In this document: positions 31,867 to 45,270 of the stretch, one piece after another
How the letters are laid out: the number at the start of each line of letters is the position of its first letter
Numbering within the stretch: position 1 is the first letter of the stretch
NCBI GenBank assembly: GCA_000091205.1
Contig: AP006490.2
Strand: one strand, 5' to 3'
Origin: Cyanidioschyzon merolae
Lineage: Eukaryota
Length of the DNA stretch: 64,000 nt
Notes under the pieces: model-generated
Database searches by the model: none
What the model was told of the DNA's origin: nothing
Seen by the model: the letters and a program-made list of their open reading frames with translations, nothing else
Translations under genes and position numbers: made by a program

Positions 31867-34800
31867 TCACGAGGCACTCCAGGCGTCCTCATCGTCGTCG
31901 TCGTCGTTGTCGTCGTCTTCGAGCGCTGATTCATCCGATGTGATGGCACTCTGGGGCGCGTTTTCCTCATCATCGGACTCGTCATCGATTTCGGTATCTT
32001 CGTCCAAGTCGGCTGCGACCCGCCGCTGCGCTTCAGAATCCTCTTCAACTGAAGATGCCGATGCTGCTGACGTCGAAGACGATGAAGCAGAAGATGCCGG
32101 TGGCTTCATCTCGCTACTCTGTGGCGCCTTGCGGGAAGCGCGTTGCATCGCCTCATGAACTCTCTGTCGTTTGGCAGAGGCTCGATGTCGACGACGACCG
32201 CCAGGCGCACTGGAACCCGCGTCGTCTCGCTGCTCAAGACGCTGTGCCAAGTCCGCTTCGAGTTCAAGGGCCCATGCAGCAAGCATATCGTCCTGACCCC
32301 GTCGATAACCGTGCTTCTCGGGGTTGCGCACAAAGTCTGGAATTTCGTGCTCCTCAAGCAGCGGCGGATAGTATTGCGACAGGTCTTGTAAGATGGGATC
32401 GTGAGAATCGACGCCCCAGAGTCGCGCCAAGTACTCCCGATCTATCTGACAGAATATTTCGTACTCTTCATCGCTACGGGCCAGCAGACGATTGATCTCT
32501 TCGAGCGTGTGAATACGCGCTCCCCGGCGTCGACCAGGATTCGCAGCAGCATCACCATCATCACCATCATCCTCATCATCTTCTTCTTCGACTTCGTTCA
32601 TGGCAGACTCGCGTATTAAATGCCGTAAAAACGCTTCACGATCGCTGTCTTTTGCCTCTTGATGAAACATGCCCGCCCGAATGATTTTCTGCTCCAAGTC
32701 CAGTTTCAGTTCGGCCTTGTCGAGGACGTGCTGCTCGACACTGCGCGCTGTGACGATACGCAGCACGCGTACTGCTTTCTTCTGACCGATACGATGGGCC
32801 CGATCCTGGGCCTGTATATCCATCTGGGGATTCCAGTCCGAATCGAAGAGAATAACCGTGTCGGCTGTTTGGAGATTGACGCCCAAACCACCAGCCCGGG
32901 TGGTCAACAGGAACACGTTGTATTTTGTACCTGGTCGGTTGAATTCCTGGACCAGCTCACGTCGCTCGTCGGCAGTGGTCAGTCCCTGCAGACGCAGGAA
33001 TGGAATATTGCGTGCTCTAAGGAGGCGCTCTTGCAAATCCATAATCCGCGTCATCTGATTGAAGATCAGGACCCTGTGGCCAGTGCGAAGGAGTTTCTGG
33101 ATACAGGAATCGAGGATTTGGAACTTGCCGGAGGCCCGCACGAGTTCGTTCACGCCGCCTTTTTCGTACTCGGGGTGGAAGAGGTACGGGTGGTTCACGA
33201 TCTTTCGCAACTGCATCTTGCTATTGCTGAGACGATCGTGGCGATGACGGCCGCTCTTGTCGGTGAACACCACGCGTTCATGACGGATTAACTGGCGATA
33301 GACGAGCCGTTGCCAAGCACTCATGTCGCAGAGAAAGAGCACTTCGCGCTTCTCCGGCAACTTTTCGCCTCCGCGAAGAATTTCGTTCTTAAGTCGTCGT
33401 AACAAGAACGGACGCAGCACCTTGTGCAGCCGGTTGATAATAAGAAGCGACTCCTCCTCGGTGAGCTCCAGATGTTCACCGGGCATCGTTGCGAACGGCG
33501 CATTGAACCAAGCCTCGAATGTGTCACAGGAGGAGAAAATCTGCGGCAGCAGGAAATTCAGCAGGGACCACAGTTCGGAAAGTGAATTGTGCAGCGGCGT
33601 TCCGGTTAAGAGCAACCTATTTCGTGAACGATACTTTTGACCCAGCACTTGGGCAAGTTTGCTCGCAGCGTTTTTGATGCGATGACCCTCGTCGACAATG
33701 ATATAAGACCAGATGATTTTGGAGAGGGCGGCTCGAGCGCGCAGTGCATACTCGTACGTTGTGAGCAGGATATGGAACGGAAAGCGCCCCGATGCGTCGC
33801 GCACGAAAAGCTCATTCGCTAGACGTCGTCGAGCGGTTCGATCGCCCTTGAAAACCGACACCTTGAGTGAAGGTGCCCAATGCGCCAGCTCGCTCTCCCA
33901 GTTGCTCACCGTCGAGAGCGGGACAACGATCAAAAAGGGGCCCTCATCCTGCTTGAACTCGATGAGATGACACAGAAGCGCAATGGTTTGAACAGTTTTG
34001 CCGAGGCCCATTTCGTCCGCAAGAACGCCATTCAAACGATTGTTGTACAGCGAGAGCAACCATTCGACCCCAACCAACTGGTAGTGTTTCAGCTCGCCAC
34101 CAGTTAGGAGCGAAGACTGATTCAGCACACGTTCTCGAACGCGATGCGCAAGTTCGTAGTAGCTATCAGCGGCTCGCTGGCCGGCCATGCTCGACGACGA
34201 CAACGACAACGACGACGCAGGGTCAGCAGCATCCGCTGCACGATCCGTCAAAACAGAACGATTCTCGCTTACAATGGCTCCGAGCTGCCGCAAATAGTCG
34301 TCGGTTTGTTCCAGAATCAATTTCAATCGTTCATTCTTTGTATTCTGCACCAGTGCACGATACGCCTCTTCGTTGTTCTCGCGAAGCGCCTGAATCCGTC
34401 GCCGTTCCTCTTCGCGTTCGCGTCGTTGATCAGACCTTTCGCGTTCCTCAAAAAAGCGGTGAATCTCGCGATTCAAACGTAGACGATTCCTCGTTTTCTC
34501 TTCCCGAAAGAACGCACGGAATGACGTTGCGTATTCTTCAACCGCTCGCCACATGGAGAGCGTGTGACGGCGTTGCTCGCGCTCGTCTGCTTCGCGAGCC
34601 CGTCGTTCCTCGCGTTCATAGCGGGCCAGCTCGCTGCGTATCCGTTTTTTCGAGAGACGGCCATGGCTACTGGCATTCGATCCGCGTGCTTCGGTACCTG
34701 CTTCGAGAATACGCTCCCGAATTCGCTGCTGGAGGCGGAGCAAGCGAAGCATGGCATGGCGTATCCGCACGTGCACATAGGTGCGCACCAGATGTTCGGG

Positions 34801-35865
34801 AATTGGGGCTGCGTCTTGTGTATACGCTGCCCGGAATTCACTTTCCAGGGCATGCAAAATGGTATCCAGCGCTCGTCGTGCTTCATTGAGGCGATGATGA
34901 ACTTCTCGGTCGCGCTCTCTGCATACCAGAATCGGATCGAGCGGGGGTGGTCGCGAGAGCTCGACTCCCTGTGCATTCATCACCTTGCCAACGGGTAGCC
35001 ATCGTTCTCCGGAGCATTGCGCACACACCTGCTCCGTATACTGCGCCTCTGATGATGCAAGGGCGGCCTCAGCTGCGTAAAGCTCTTCCCATTTCGGAAA
35101 TTCGCTCTGACATTGCTGTTCGATTTCGGTCATAACCTGTAAGCATTCTTCTGTGGAAGGCATCCGGGTGCCGTCCGGGAAGCGTCCACAAATCAGTCCG
35201 GTTACCATCGCCCGACGGAGTACGGCTGGTAGTACAGCGCCTGTTCGACGGAACACAGCACGAGGATGCCTTCCAGCGGCGGTGGCAGCTCGAGCTGCAG
35301 CCTCTGCGAGACGCAGGTAACGTTGCGCTTGTAGCTGCAGCTGAAGCGCCTTCAGCTGCGGAAAGGTAAACGCTCCATGACGCTTAACGCATGCCTGAGC
35401 CGCCAGTAAGCGCAGTACTGTTTGATAAGGCCGGTGATACTGCAAGAGCAGTTGTCGCTGATCAGGCCCCTCGTCTGCCGAAGCATGGATTGTTTTCGCG
35501 ACCTGTTCGTTCGTGGGGGGTTTCGGTACGGCGCGAACGAAAGCAGCAAGTGAAAGTAGCGCGTGAAGCTGGTCAGCGTTGAGCGGCCGCCTTCGCCACA
35601 CGACTGTGGCCTCCGACTTTCGAGAGCCGGCCGCCAGCGACAATCCGGCTTGCACTTCCTCCAGCTTCTGCGCTGGTGCAGCAGTCGTAGATTCGTCAGT
35701 CTGAAACTTAGTACTGACCTGTGGTTTCCCGTCCTCAGCGCACTCGTGATTCGTGCCTTGTTCCTGGTTCCCCAGGGGTTTCGTGGCCGGCTCCGCAGCT
35801 GCATTCGCCTGCCATACAGGTTGTACGTCCCGCTGCGAGCCAGAGCTACTTGGTGTCGCCTGCAT
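31867..35865 (-). CDS. SNF2-family chromatin-remodelling ATPase, Snf2/Brahma-like, with no bromodomain.
   Basis: DEXH lobe: LKHYQLVGVEWLLSLYNNRLNGVLADEMGLGKTVQTIALL. Helicase-C lobe: QTADTVILFDSDWNPQMDIQAQDRAHRIGQKK. No long inter-lobe insert, which argues against INO80/SWR1. Pre-ATPase LILEQTDDYLRQL motif. Arg/Glu-rich, HSA-like N-terminal region. Acidic C-terminus. Confidence 0.8.
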   Translation of the reverse strand: MQATPSSSGSQRDVQPVWQANAAAEPATKPLGNQEQGTNHECAEDGKPQVSTKFQTDESTTAAPAQKLEEVQAGLSLAAGSRKSEATVVWRRRPLNADQLHALLSLAAFVRAVPKPPTNEQVAKTIHASADEGPDQRQLLLQYHRPYQTVLRLLAAQACVKRHGAFTFPQLKALQLQLQAQRYLRLAEAAARAATAAGRHPRAVFRRTGAVLPAVLRRAMVTGLICGRFPDGTRMPSTEECLQVMTEIEQQCQSEFPKWEELYAAEAALASSEAQYTEQVCAQCSGERWLPVGKVMNAQGVELSRPPPLDPILVCRERDREVHHRLNEARRALDTILHALESEFRAAYTQDAAPIPEHLVRTYVHVRIRHAMLRLLRLQQRIRERILEAGTEARGSNASSHGRLSKKRIRSELARYEREERRAREADEREQRRHTLSMWRAVEEYATSFRAFFREEKTRNRLRLNREIHRFFEERERSDQRREREEERRRIQALRENNEEAYRALVQNTKNERLKLILEQTDDYLRQLGAIVSENRSVLTDRAADAADPASSLSLSSSSMAGQRAADSYYELAHRVRERVLNQSSLLTGGELKHYQLVGVEWLLSLYNNRLNGVLADEMGLGKTVQTIALLCHLIEFKQDEGPFLIVVPLSTVSNWESELAHWAPSLKVSVFKGDRTARRRLANELFVRDASGRFPFHILLTTYEYALRARAALSKIIWSYIIVDEGHRIKNAASKLAQVLGQKYRSRNRLLLTGTPLHNSLSELWSLLNFLLPQIFSSCDTFEAWFNAPFATMPGEHLELTEEESLLIINRLHKVLRPFLLRRLKNEILRGGEKLPEKREVLFLCDMSAWQRLVYRQLIRHERVVFTDKSGRHRHDRLSNSKMQLRKIVNHPYLFHPEYEKGGVNELVRASGKFQILDSCIQKLLRTGHRVLIFNQMTRIMDLQERLLRARNIPFLRLQGLTTADERRELVQEFNRPGTKYNVFLLTTRAGGLGVNLQTADTVILFDSDWNPQMDIQAQDRAHRIGQKKAVRVLRIVTARSVEQHVLDKAELKLDLEQKIIRAGMFHQEAKDSDREAFLRHLIRESAMNEVEEEDDEDDGDDGDAAANPGRRRGARIHTLEEINRLLARSDEEYEIFCQIDREYLARLWGVDSHDPILQDLSQYYPPLLEEHEIPDFVRNPEKHGYRRGQDDMLAAWALELEADLAQRLEQRDDAGSSAPGGRRRHRASAKRQRVHEAMQRASRKAPQSSEMKPPASSASSSSTSAASASSVEEDSEAQRRVAADLDEDTEIDDESDDEENAPQSAITSDESALEDDDNDDDDDEDAWSAS

Positions 35866-37074
35866 GCGACACCGTCAGCCTCGTCCACAACCTGGTTACA
35901 AGTCAATAGCCGCACAAGTCGCAATGTGATCGCCACCACCCCGCTCAATGGAAGCACAGTCAAAAGCAGAATAGCGCTCTGCGAAGACGGCAGGCACTCG
36001 TGCCGAACACTGACATGCGCTGTGCCGTCGTTGCCGCGATCGCCGTGCACTGTGATGGACACGTGTTGCCGGTGCGTCTGCGCCAGTGCACTGCTTTCTT
36101 TTCATGACAACATGGTTATATGGATCATAGATTCCAGTTTGCGGTTTGGATAATGGTAATCAAGAAAGCGTCCGTTATGATACACTTTACTTCCAAGTTC
36201 CATCTCTCATGCTTCCTCTGGGATACACTGGTCATTTCGTACGTTCTATCGTGTGCCAAGTGCCTGTCTTGCTGTACCCGTAATAGCAGATATGAAGCCG
36301 GAGCAGATGCATGACGAAGACAGAGCGGCTTTTGCTATATTACTGAGGGCATCGGAACGAGGAACGCTTGATCTGACACGGAGTCGGCGCTCATAATCAT
36401 TCTAGGAACGAGCAAGTTGTGCTGATAGCCTTACTGCCCGCAGCAGCTCGAGGCGATGGTAGAGGAGTCCACTGCGACCAGGGCGATACCCAGACGCAGC
36501 CAAACCGCCCCTGGTTCCAGAATGAATTGCGTGTCGGACGAGTTGCTGCTCAGGTCTATTCACAGCACTAGGTACTGGGAAGGTCAGGAAGCACTGGTCT
36601 GGCAGACTCGTCCGGCTCGCAGGACACGCCGCCTGGAAGGGACACGATCGACAATTCGGAAACCTGTTCCCTTTTTTAAAGTTTATCGTTGAGAGGGAGA
36701 GAAATTGTTATTTCGTTGCTACCTAGACGCTACTCTCTGTTCTTTGTTCCATATAGTGCGGTCGATACACGCACCTCCATATCTGGGAGGCGTGAGAAAC
36801 GAAGCGCATCTGGCCGTTGAAGGGAAACGTGATACTAAACATGCGCGTGTTATTCTAGCGTAGAAGTTGTATTTGCGTTGAAGTCGTAGCAAAGTATAGT
36901 TTTTCAGTTAAATTGTGTTTCAACCCTCAGCTTAGTGTCTTCAAGTGATTTTCGCGGTTTATAGCAGAAGCGTTCAAGGTGCGTTCTATTTCAAAAAATA
37001 AAAAAATATGGAAAAGGATGTGGAAGATTCTGGAGCACAGGTAGCGCCGGCGGCAAGGAAAAAAAAGATAAAAA

Positions 37075-39573
37075 ATGGCGGAGCAAAGAGGATCAGGAGA
37101 AGACGAAGAAGCTGCACGCGGGCGACAGTACGACGAGATCGTGACGAAAGCCTGTCTCTTTCAACATATCAAGGCTCCCTGCATGCAAAAGTTGCGAGAC
37201 GTCATCAGAAATTGTGTCGATTCATACCCCGGCAGTGTTCGTAACGCTTCTTTAGGACTGATGCATATTCCGAGGGAGAGATATCGCGATGTGACGGACA
37301 TCAGAACAGTTGAGGTTTCGGAAGAGTTTTTCGACAAGACCCTAATTCGTCACCTGATACTTGGCACAGGGGAAACGTCGACGAAAAATGAGCTCGTGCA
37401 TGCCCTCCACGAAAACTTCGCCGAATACGGCTGAAACTGTACTCGGTATCGGGATGACTCGCCTATTTACTGCTACGGAGCGATGAAGTGCCTCACGAAC
37501 CTGTAGAGCCACGTGATCGTGAACCTCAAACGCTTCATGGTACGCTCCGTCTTTGCACTGTACCCGGGACTGTTTCGCAAACGAATATGGGCGATTACCA
37601 ATGGAATCACGAACGATCGACAGGATGAAGATGAGATCGAATTCGTCGACAAGAAGACATCACGCAGAAGAAAGGATGAAGCTTCTGTAATCCGTGCGGC
37701 TATACAAGAGCACCGTGCGGTACTGAGGCTGGCGAATCCAGCAGACAAGATATCAGAGTTGAAAAAAGATACTGAAAGATACGAACGCATCGTCCTGTGG
37801 TATTTCGTATTTCTGGACCAAGAGCTCGAACGCAAGGCAGAGGTGAAGCTGAGTGTAGAGACAAATGAAGCGTGGGAGAGACGGAAGGCTGTCCTAATGG
37901 GGAAGCGCTTCGACGTGGTTCCAATGTGCAATAACAAGTCACATTTTGTGACTATTGACTCCACAGTCCTTCATGGCATCATGAAGGAGATCTGTCCAGA
38001 GTTCGATGCTAGCATGGAGGAGTTCTCCGGTGAAAACCGGGAGACGTACTGGAAGAATATCTTCGATTTCAAACGTCTCAAAGTGAGCAAACAAAAGGTT
38101 TTCACTGGGTTGATCGAAACCGATGGAGTAGCCTCGTGTATACACTATCGGCGGTTGAAGAAAGATCGGCCAGTTCCGCCCTCGGCTGCGCCCGTGACGA
38201 AGGATGAAGAAAACAAAGAGGAGGATCATGTGATGCAGGAGGTGGAGGATTACGATATTGTCGTTGACATGACGAAGCATGAAAAAAAGGAGGCGGCTGG
38301 TCCGGCGACTCAGGAGGTAGAGGATAACGGCTTTATCGTTGGCGCTGCGAAGCATGAAGATGAGAAGGAGGCGGATCTCACGACGCAAGTGGTGGAGAAT
38401 AACGACTTTGTCGTTGGCGCGACGAAGCAGGAAGGTGAGAAGGAGGCGGGTCCTGCGACGCAGCAGGTGCATGAGAAGCGCGTTGTCGTTGGCGCGACGA
38501 AGCATGAAGAAAAGAAGGAGGCGTATCCTGCGACGCAGAAAGTGCAAGATAACGACTTTGTCGTTGGCGCGGACCCCGGTAACACAAATGTCATAACCAT
38601 CGCTGCACCGAAGCGTGCGGAAGATGGTACTGGTGGTAACTTTTGTTAGAGAGACATGCGTCTGTTGAGGTTCTCGAGAGCGAGATACTATTGAGAATCG
38701 GGAATCATGAATGCGAGGAAGAAAATCGAGACGTGGAATGCAGGAATGAAAGATCACCTGGAAGCTTTGAGCGAGGTGACGAGCCGCGGGACGGACTTTG
38801 AAGCTTTTCGGAAATTCATGGAAGTTCGCATTGCTCACTGGGATGCGCTGTGGGAAGAATATACAAAGTCCCGCTGGGCTCGTTTGTGAATGAATTTGTA
38901 TTGTGGTAAGCGGCGGGCGTTCGCGAATTTTTTCAATGAGTTGAGCGCCCTCAAAGAGGATCAAAGTCAAGGGGTCGTAGTAGCGTATGGGGAAGGGCGC
39001 TGGGCGCCCAAGAAAGGGACTATGCCAGCTCCGACGACGAGGGTGTACAAAGAGTGCGCAAGGCGTTTCGTTACAATACCTGTAGACGAGTTCCCAACAT
39101 CGTATACACACCATGAACTGGGATGTACACTTCAGAGAGTGGAGATGGAAAAGTGCCAACGGAGCCCTGAGGAATTTGCAAAGTACGGACCGGTGACGGA
39201 GGAGCAAATGGAAAGGAGAGCGAAAGTGCGAGGATTGCTTGCATTGGTAAGTACAACGAATGACGGCAAGAAACGTATGGAGTTCGTGAACTGTAATTTT
39301 AACGCCGCAATCAGTATAAGCGGATGTGCGGTGCTGGAGGAAAGACCTCGAAAGTCCACAAGAGTGAACTTTGTTGGACAATCGCTCAAAGTAGAATTAT
39401 ATGAGACAAGATTGGAAGCAGTAGTAGGTGGCCGGTCCAATAAGACGGGGAGGCGTCTGCACGTCAGTCGAAGACTTTTCGTCCAGGGCGGGCTTCTCGC
39501 CACTACTGTACACCGCCGGCGACAACGTTTTTCTTTTGAAAGACGTTTGCTGTTGCCGGTGACGGCTGCGTAA
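37075..39573 (+). pseudogene. Fanzor/TnpB-like RuvC nuclease gene, broken.
   Basis: Pieces: 37075-37434, 37513-38649, 38707-38889 and 38890-39573. Ruv[17 protein letters not shown] and E-x-TS ([15 protein letters not shown]) are present. RuvC-III reads [12 protein letters not shown], so the catalytic Asp is replaced. There is a frameshift plus stop at 37434-37513 where copy A is intact, and a stop between 38649 and 38707. The native stop is lost. Confidence 0.7.
38236..38580 (+). repeat. 4.5 x 75-bp in-frame tandem repeat inside Fanzor copy B.
   Basis: 25-aa units (..[26 protein letters not shown]..), each re-duplicating the beta-strand that precedes the RuvC-I DPGNTN motif. Copy A has a single unit. 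Confidence 0.75.
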
Positions 39574-39637
39574 AGCTTTCAGGGAATCACAGAAGAGGGC
39601 TTGCTTTGGTGCTGTGCAACCACGTTCTAGATCGTGA

Positions 39638-41431
<1,794 letters not shown>

Positions 41432-41808
41432 AACTGAAAGGTATCGCTACGGGCCGGGGTTCGCAACGCGTCCATGGCACACGAGTTTGCCCCCACAGCA
41501 CGTCTGTCGAAGAGACGCGTTCGCAGGTTACTGTCCAAGCGCACAGATGCCGCAACTGGGGGCGCTGCCCGACACGACCGCTCGCCGCACAGCACCGAAA
41601 TGAGGGTTTGTGCGGGGTCAGCGCTCGATTGCGAGTGTGTCCCAACGCTCGTACCGCACTGGTCTACAAGTGCGTCACTCGTTCTCCTCGAGGCCGAGAC
41701 GGAAAAAGGAGTCCGAGATCATCAGTGGTCCTTGATCGTACCCAATGATCTAACCGTCTGCATCTATGTCAAAGTAACTCGTTTTGTCTCGAGGATGTTT
41801 CAAGAAGT

Positions 41809-42003
41809 TCAGAACACCTCGGGAGGCTGCTGAGTCGGCAACAGCCCAAAGCGCTTCTTCAGCGTGACCCGCTGCTTCGAGAACTTGTCATCTGGACTGA
41901 ACCGTGCCGGATGCGCCGATACAGTCGGCTCTTGGCACTTGGGACATAACTTTTGCAGTGTGTACCCGTGCTTTGGATCTTTTGAACACTTCATCAAGTA
42001 CAT
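41809..42003 (-). CDS. NOP10: H/ACA snoRNP protein NOP10.
   Basis: [58 protein letters not shown] matches NOP10 (..[10 protein letters not shown](K/Y)[13 protein letters not shown]..). ATG at 42003; the track ORF extends further upstream. Confidence 0.8.
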   Translation of the reverse strand: MYLMKCSKDPKHGYTLQKLCPKCQEPTVSAHPARFSPDDKFSKQRVTLKKRFGLLPTQQPPEVF

Positions 42004-42488
42004 GGTATCGCCCAGCTGCCACGAACGATGGAGGCTAGCGCGTCCTCGTTTTGGGTAGCGCGCGTGCGCTGCGCGGCCGCGTCGACATGCGACACGCTCC
42101 TGCCACGAGTTGATCAAAAGCCTCGCTCTAGGTACCTCAAAAAGCTTTTGCGGACCGCAAGACGTGCAGCGACGCAGCGCCTGTAATCCAAGATCGATAG
42201 GCTGGAAGTCTTCAAGGAGAAGCTGAAGCCGGCAGCATGCGGCCGGTCAAAGAAAGGCCCGGAGGCGTCTCTAAGTGCGTATTCATGTACATTCAATAAC
42301 GTACCATAAACGTCAAAGGAAGGGAAGACCTTTCCATATTGTCGAAAGTTTACCGCCTAGGCGGAAGGTCCGCGAGCCGGACGAGTGTGCTGCGCTAGTG
42401 CTTTATCCTTCCTCCAGTGGCAGGTGCTGTGGCGAGACCTGCACAGCTCGTCTGCAACGCATTTCATTCTGGGACTAGACACAGTAAA

Positions 42489-42885
42489 GCCGCATATGGG
42501 CGTCGCCCTGGTCGCAGTGGACTCTTAGCATATCGCTTCGCGCTGTAGCAGGCAGTACGTCTGCATGTACAGCTTGCAGGCTCCCAGAATGATTACGTAC
42601 CCCGACCCCGTGTCGCATGAACCAAGCATCGAACCGACGCCCGCAGTGGTACGGAAAAGCCGTTCTGTCTCCGTGCAGCACCTGATTCAGCGGTACAAGC
42701 GCCAAGGCGGGTGTTCACGGCAGGCAGTCGGCGCACGATAGAACGTACGAAACGACCAGTATACTCGGGAGGAAGTATGGGTAATGGAACTTGATGGTAG
42801 GTGCTTCATCGTGGACGCTTTCCCGAGAGCCATGATACATTCCGAATTCTGGGATCCGTGGTCAATGTAAACGTTTTGCCATCTG
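42489..42885 (+). repeat. Dispersed repeat family R1, copy 2.
   Basis: Aligns to 1221-1775 (see that entry). Confidence 0.6.
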
Positions 42886-44101
42886 AAGCAAATGGTGTTG
42901 ATTGTTCTTCCTGAGCCTACCATACCGCGCGGTACCAGGGCGCTGCACTGTAGATGCCTGAGTTTGGCTGGTGCCTCGCGAGTGGACGCGTGTAAGGTCG
43001 CTCGCTTCGCTGGTTGCCGCTCGGCATGGACTGCTACAGACGTTGCGGCAAATGGATCGATCCGGTGAAGAGCAGCGATGATCGTTGGGGATTTTGAAGA
43101 CACATCTATGATTAGAATCGTAAGGAGATAAAGCATCTGAAAAATGGCTGGGAGTATGCTCCATTCATCGATCGTGTGTGGTGGCAGGTATTTTGTGCAG
43201 CGAGGTGAGCGCGCGTCATCAGCCTAGAACTTGCACCGGGGAGCGTTCAAGTCCGATGCATTCTGAACAGAGCCGGGGGCTTGTCACCTCCGTCGGTCGA
43301 GTTATTGATGAGCACGATACGCGTAAATGCGCTGCGAATCGCCTTCGGATCCTTGCTTGACCTTCGCAGCTGCCACCAATATCCGCTCTAAGGCAAGTCC
43401 GACGCTGGCATTCCAGAAAAGCAATGCGAGCTTATTGGGCAGCGATCCTGGCCCCGCGTATCTCCTCGCGCTATGCCTGTTAGCAATCCTAGACTGGCAT
43501 TCCAGCAAAGTTTCATACATTCACTGAGTACGAGTTGGGGGCCTCGCGCATCGGTGCCTTCCCGGCATCGTAACCACTGCCACGAGAACGACAGCTGCCT
43601 TGCGCCGATGCCCGCGACGAACGTCGAAGCTGTTGCGTGTCTGTCGGAAGCTTATATTGATGTATCCAGCGCTGTGGCAAGTGTCTGGGCTAGGCTCGAA
43701 GTTCGTGGGGTCACAGAAGCGGGTGCAAATGCCAGGAGCCGTCACTGCCGTTTCTCAGCGGAGCGACTCGAACCTGCTTCCGCAAATAGCGCCCATTGCC
43801 TAGCACGGCACATCGCTACGCATGCAATCGACTGGTGAAGATGGGCCTCTCGACAGGCTATGTGCTCGCTGACGATGATTTCAGAGGCCTCGAAAAATTA
43901 GCGTTGAAGGACGACAGGGAAGCATACTTGCCTAGGGCAAGCAGCATACTGTGGATAGGGACGGAGCAACTGAATCCGTTTCTCTGGTGCATCCCGGAGA
44001 CAAGCAGGTAGGCAACCAGCCAGGCGTTTAGGTAGGTATTTAAGCAGACATGCAGAGACACATACACTCTGATGCACTCGTATCCGATTCAAATGGTACG
44101 A

Positions 44102-44866
44102 ATCCACTAACTTGGACGAAGGCAATAAAGTTTGATTCTCTTATCACTGTCATAAATACTAGCCTTCATGGACGATTTATGCGACTGCTTCGATTCACGC
44201 GCTCCTAGCTCCGGCTTTGAGTACGCTGGCCTCCCTGCCTGCCTATCCAACTCCGTTGCAAATAGTCACAGCATGTTGGTGGCAGCGTTCAATTACCGAT
44301 GCTGATGCTTCCAGATGTTTTCGACGCATTTCACGCACAGGCAGTACCCAGCATCTGCGCTTCGCTTGCCATTGTGATCTTCATTTCGTTCAGCGTCGGT
44401 GCGCCGGTCGAAGCGACGACGCTCGGCCTTGGTCAGGTGTTCCCGGACGTCGACAATGCTCCGTCTCCCGAGATCCACGCTGTGGCACATGAAGGTTCGC
44501 TTCATGATCCGGGATATGCGCATCACTGGGGCAGAGGACGCTGCTCGATGCCCCGCCTCGTTACCTAACTCGGTGCATCACCGACATAGGATTACCGGCT
44601 TCATCTGAGCGACCCGTCGATGGTTTGGCGTCGCCATTCTACGGAGGATTTCTGGAACACGATGATTTGCATGACGGAACGAGTACCGGACGGCAGTCCA
44701 GGTTGGGTACGAAATTTCCAGAGATTCCGATCCTTCTGGGCATTGCTGGAGCACAGCGGATATGCCGTCGCGAGTCTACACGAATGCTGCAACGACTCAA
44801 GTGTGGTCCTTGTACCCTTTGCCACGGAAACCGAAGAGACGGCATCCTCTTGGTGCATATCCTGTG
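44102..44866 (+). repeat. R3: 765-bp direct repeat, copy 1.
   Basis: About 98% identical to 47807-48570, with only a handful of substitutions and one indel seen by eye. No TG..CA termini. Confidence 0.85.
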
Positions 44867-45149
44867 ACAGGTAACCTGTGGATGCTGTCGGATGTCGCCA
44901 CATGGGTTGCCACGAAATGAGCAGGGATTTATACATCGAACCGAACCGATCACGTGACGTGGCAAGTGGAGCAAACTTCTGGCTTGAGCATACCCCCCAA
45001 TTCGTGAACGACGGACGTCGAGGTTTTTCTCTTCGCCGGCCCAGCTGCGGGAATACCTGCGCCCACGACTTGCCTCGAAATAGAAAGAACGAAACCATGG
45101 AGAATGCCTCATTGGGGCATGAAACACGTAACGATAGGAAAAGAGTCCA

Positions 45150-45270
45150 GGCCTGCACGTATGTACTGGATCGTGGTATCCATTGCTTGGCGAACGCGTG
45201 TTCAAAGCAGTCGGGAATCATCTTGATTCCGGTGACGTAAAGAGTTCCAGCGGCGCAACATCGAAGCAGC
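45150..45270 (-). repeat. R2-family fragment in inverted orientation.
   Basis: Its reverse complement aligns to the 7985-8100 core (..ggaatcaag(a/g)tgattc.., ..gaacacgcgttc..). Confidence 0.4.

Larger units (their letters stand above)
36756..39575 (+). mobile_element. TnpB/Fanzor-like element, copy B, ~2.8 kb, degenerate, inverted relative to copy A.
   Basis: Left hairpin gtgcg..cgcac at 36756-36774 and a conserved AT-richer leader. Coding region 37075-39573. Conserved tail up to ~39575, which is 66 bp upstream of the ATP synthase beta ATG. Confidence 0.7.

Noticed and set aside
32659-33291. A 210-aa '+' ORF inside the Snf2 gene region.
   Set aside because: Antisense to the conserved helicase lobes of the '-' strand SNF2 ORF.
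38236-38580. Regular direct repeats, and the 50598-50790 tandem, considered as a possible CRISPR-like array.
   Set aside because: This is a eukaryotic nuclear context. The repeats are contiguous with no unique spacers. The 75-bp one is in-frame coding sequence of the Fanzor-like gene.
42560-42700. tRNA/SINE origin for the R1 repeat (B-box-like tcgaacc on the '-' strand).
   Set aside because: There is no adjacent A-box and no acceptor/anticodon stem arrangement in either copy. The match is too short to be meaningful.
44217-44568. Identical small ORFs (91/89/77 aa) inside both R3 repeat copies.
   Set aside because: They are duplicated only because the DNA is duplicated. Their translations have no protein-like features and overlap each other on both strands.
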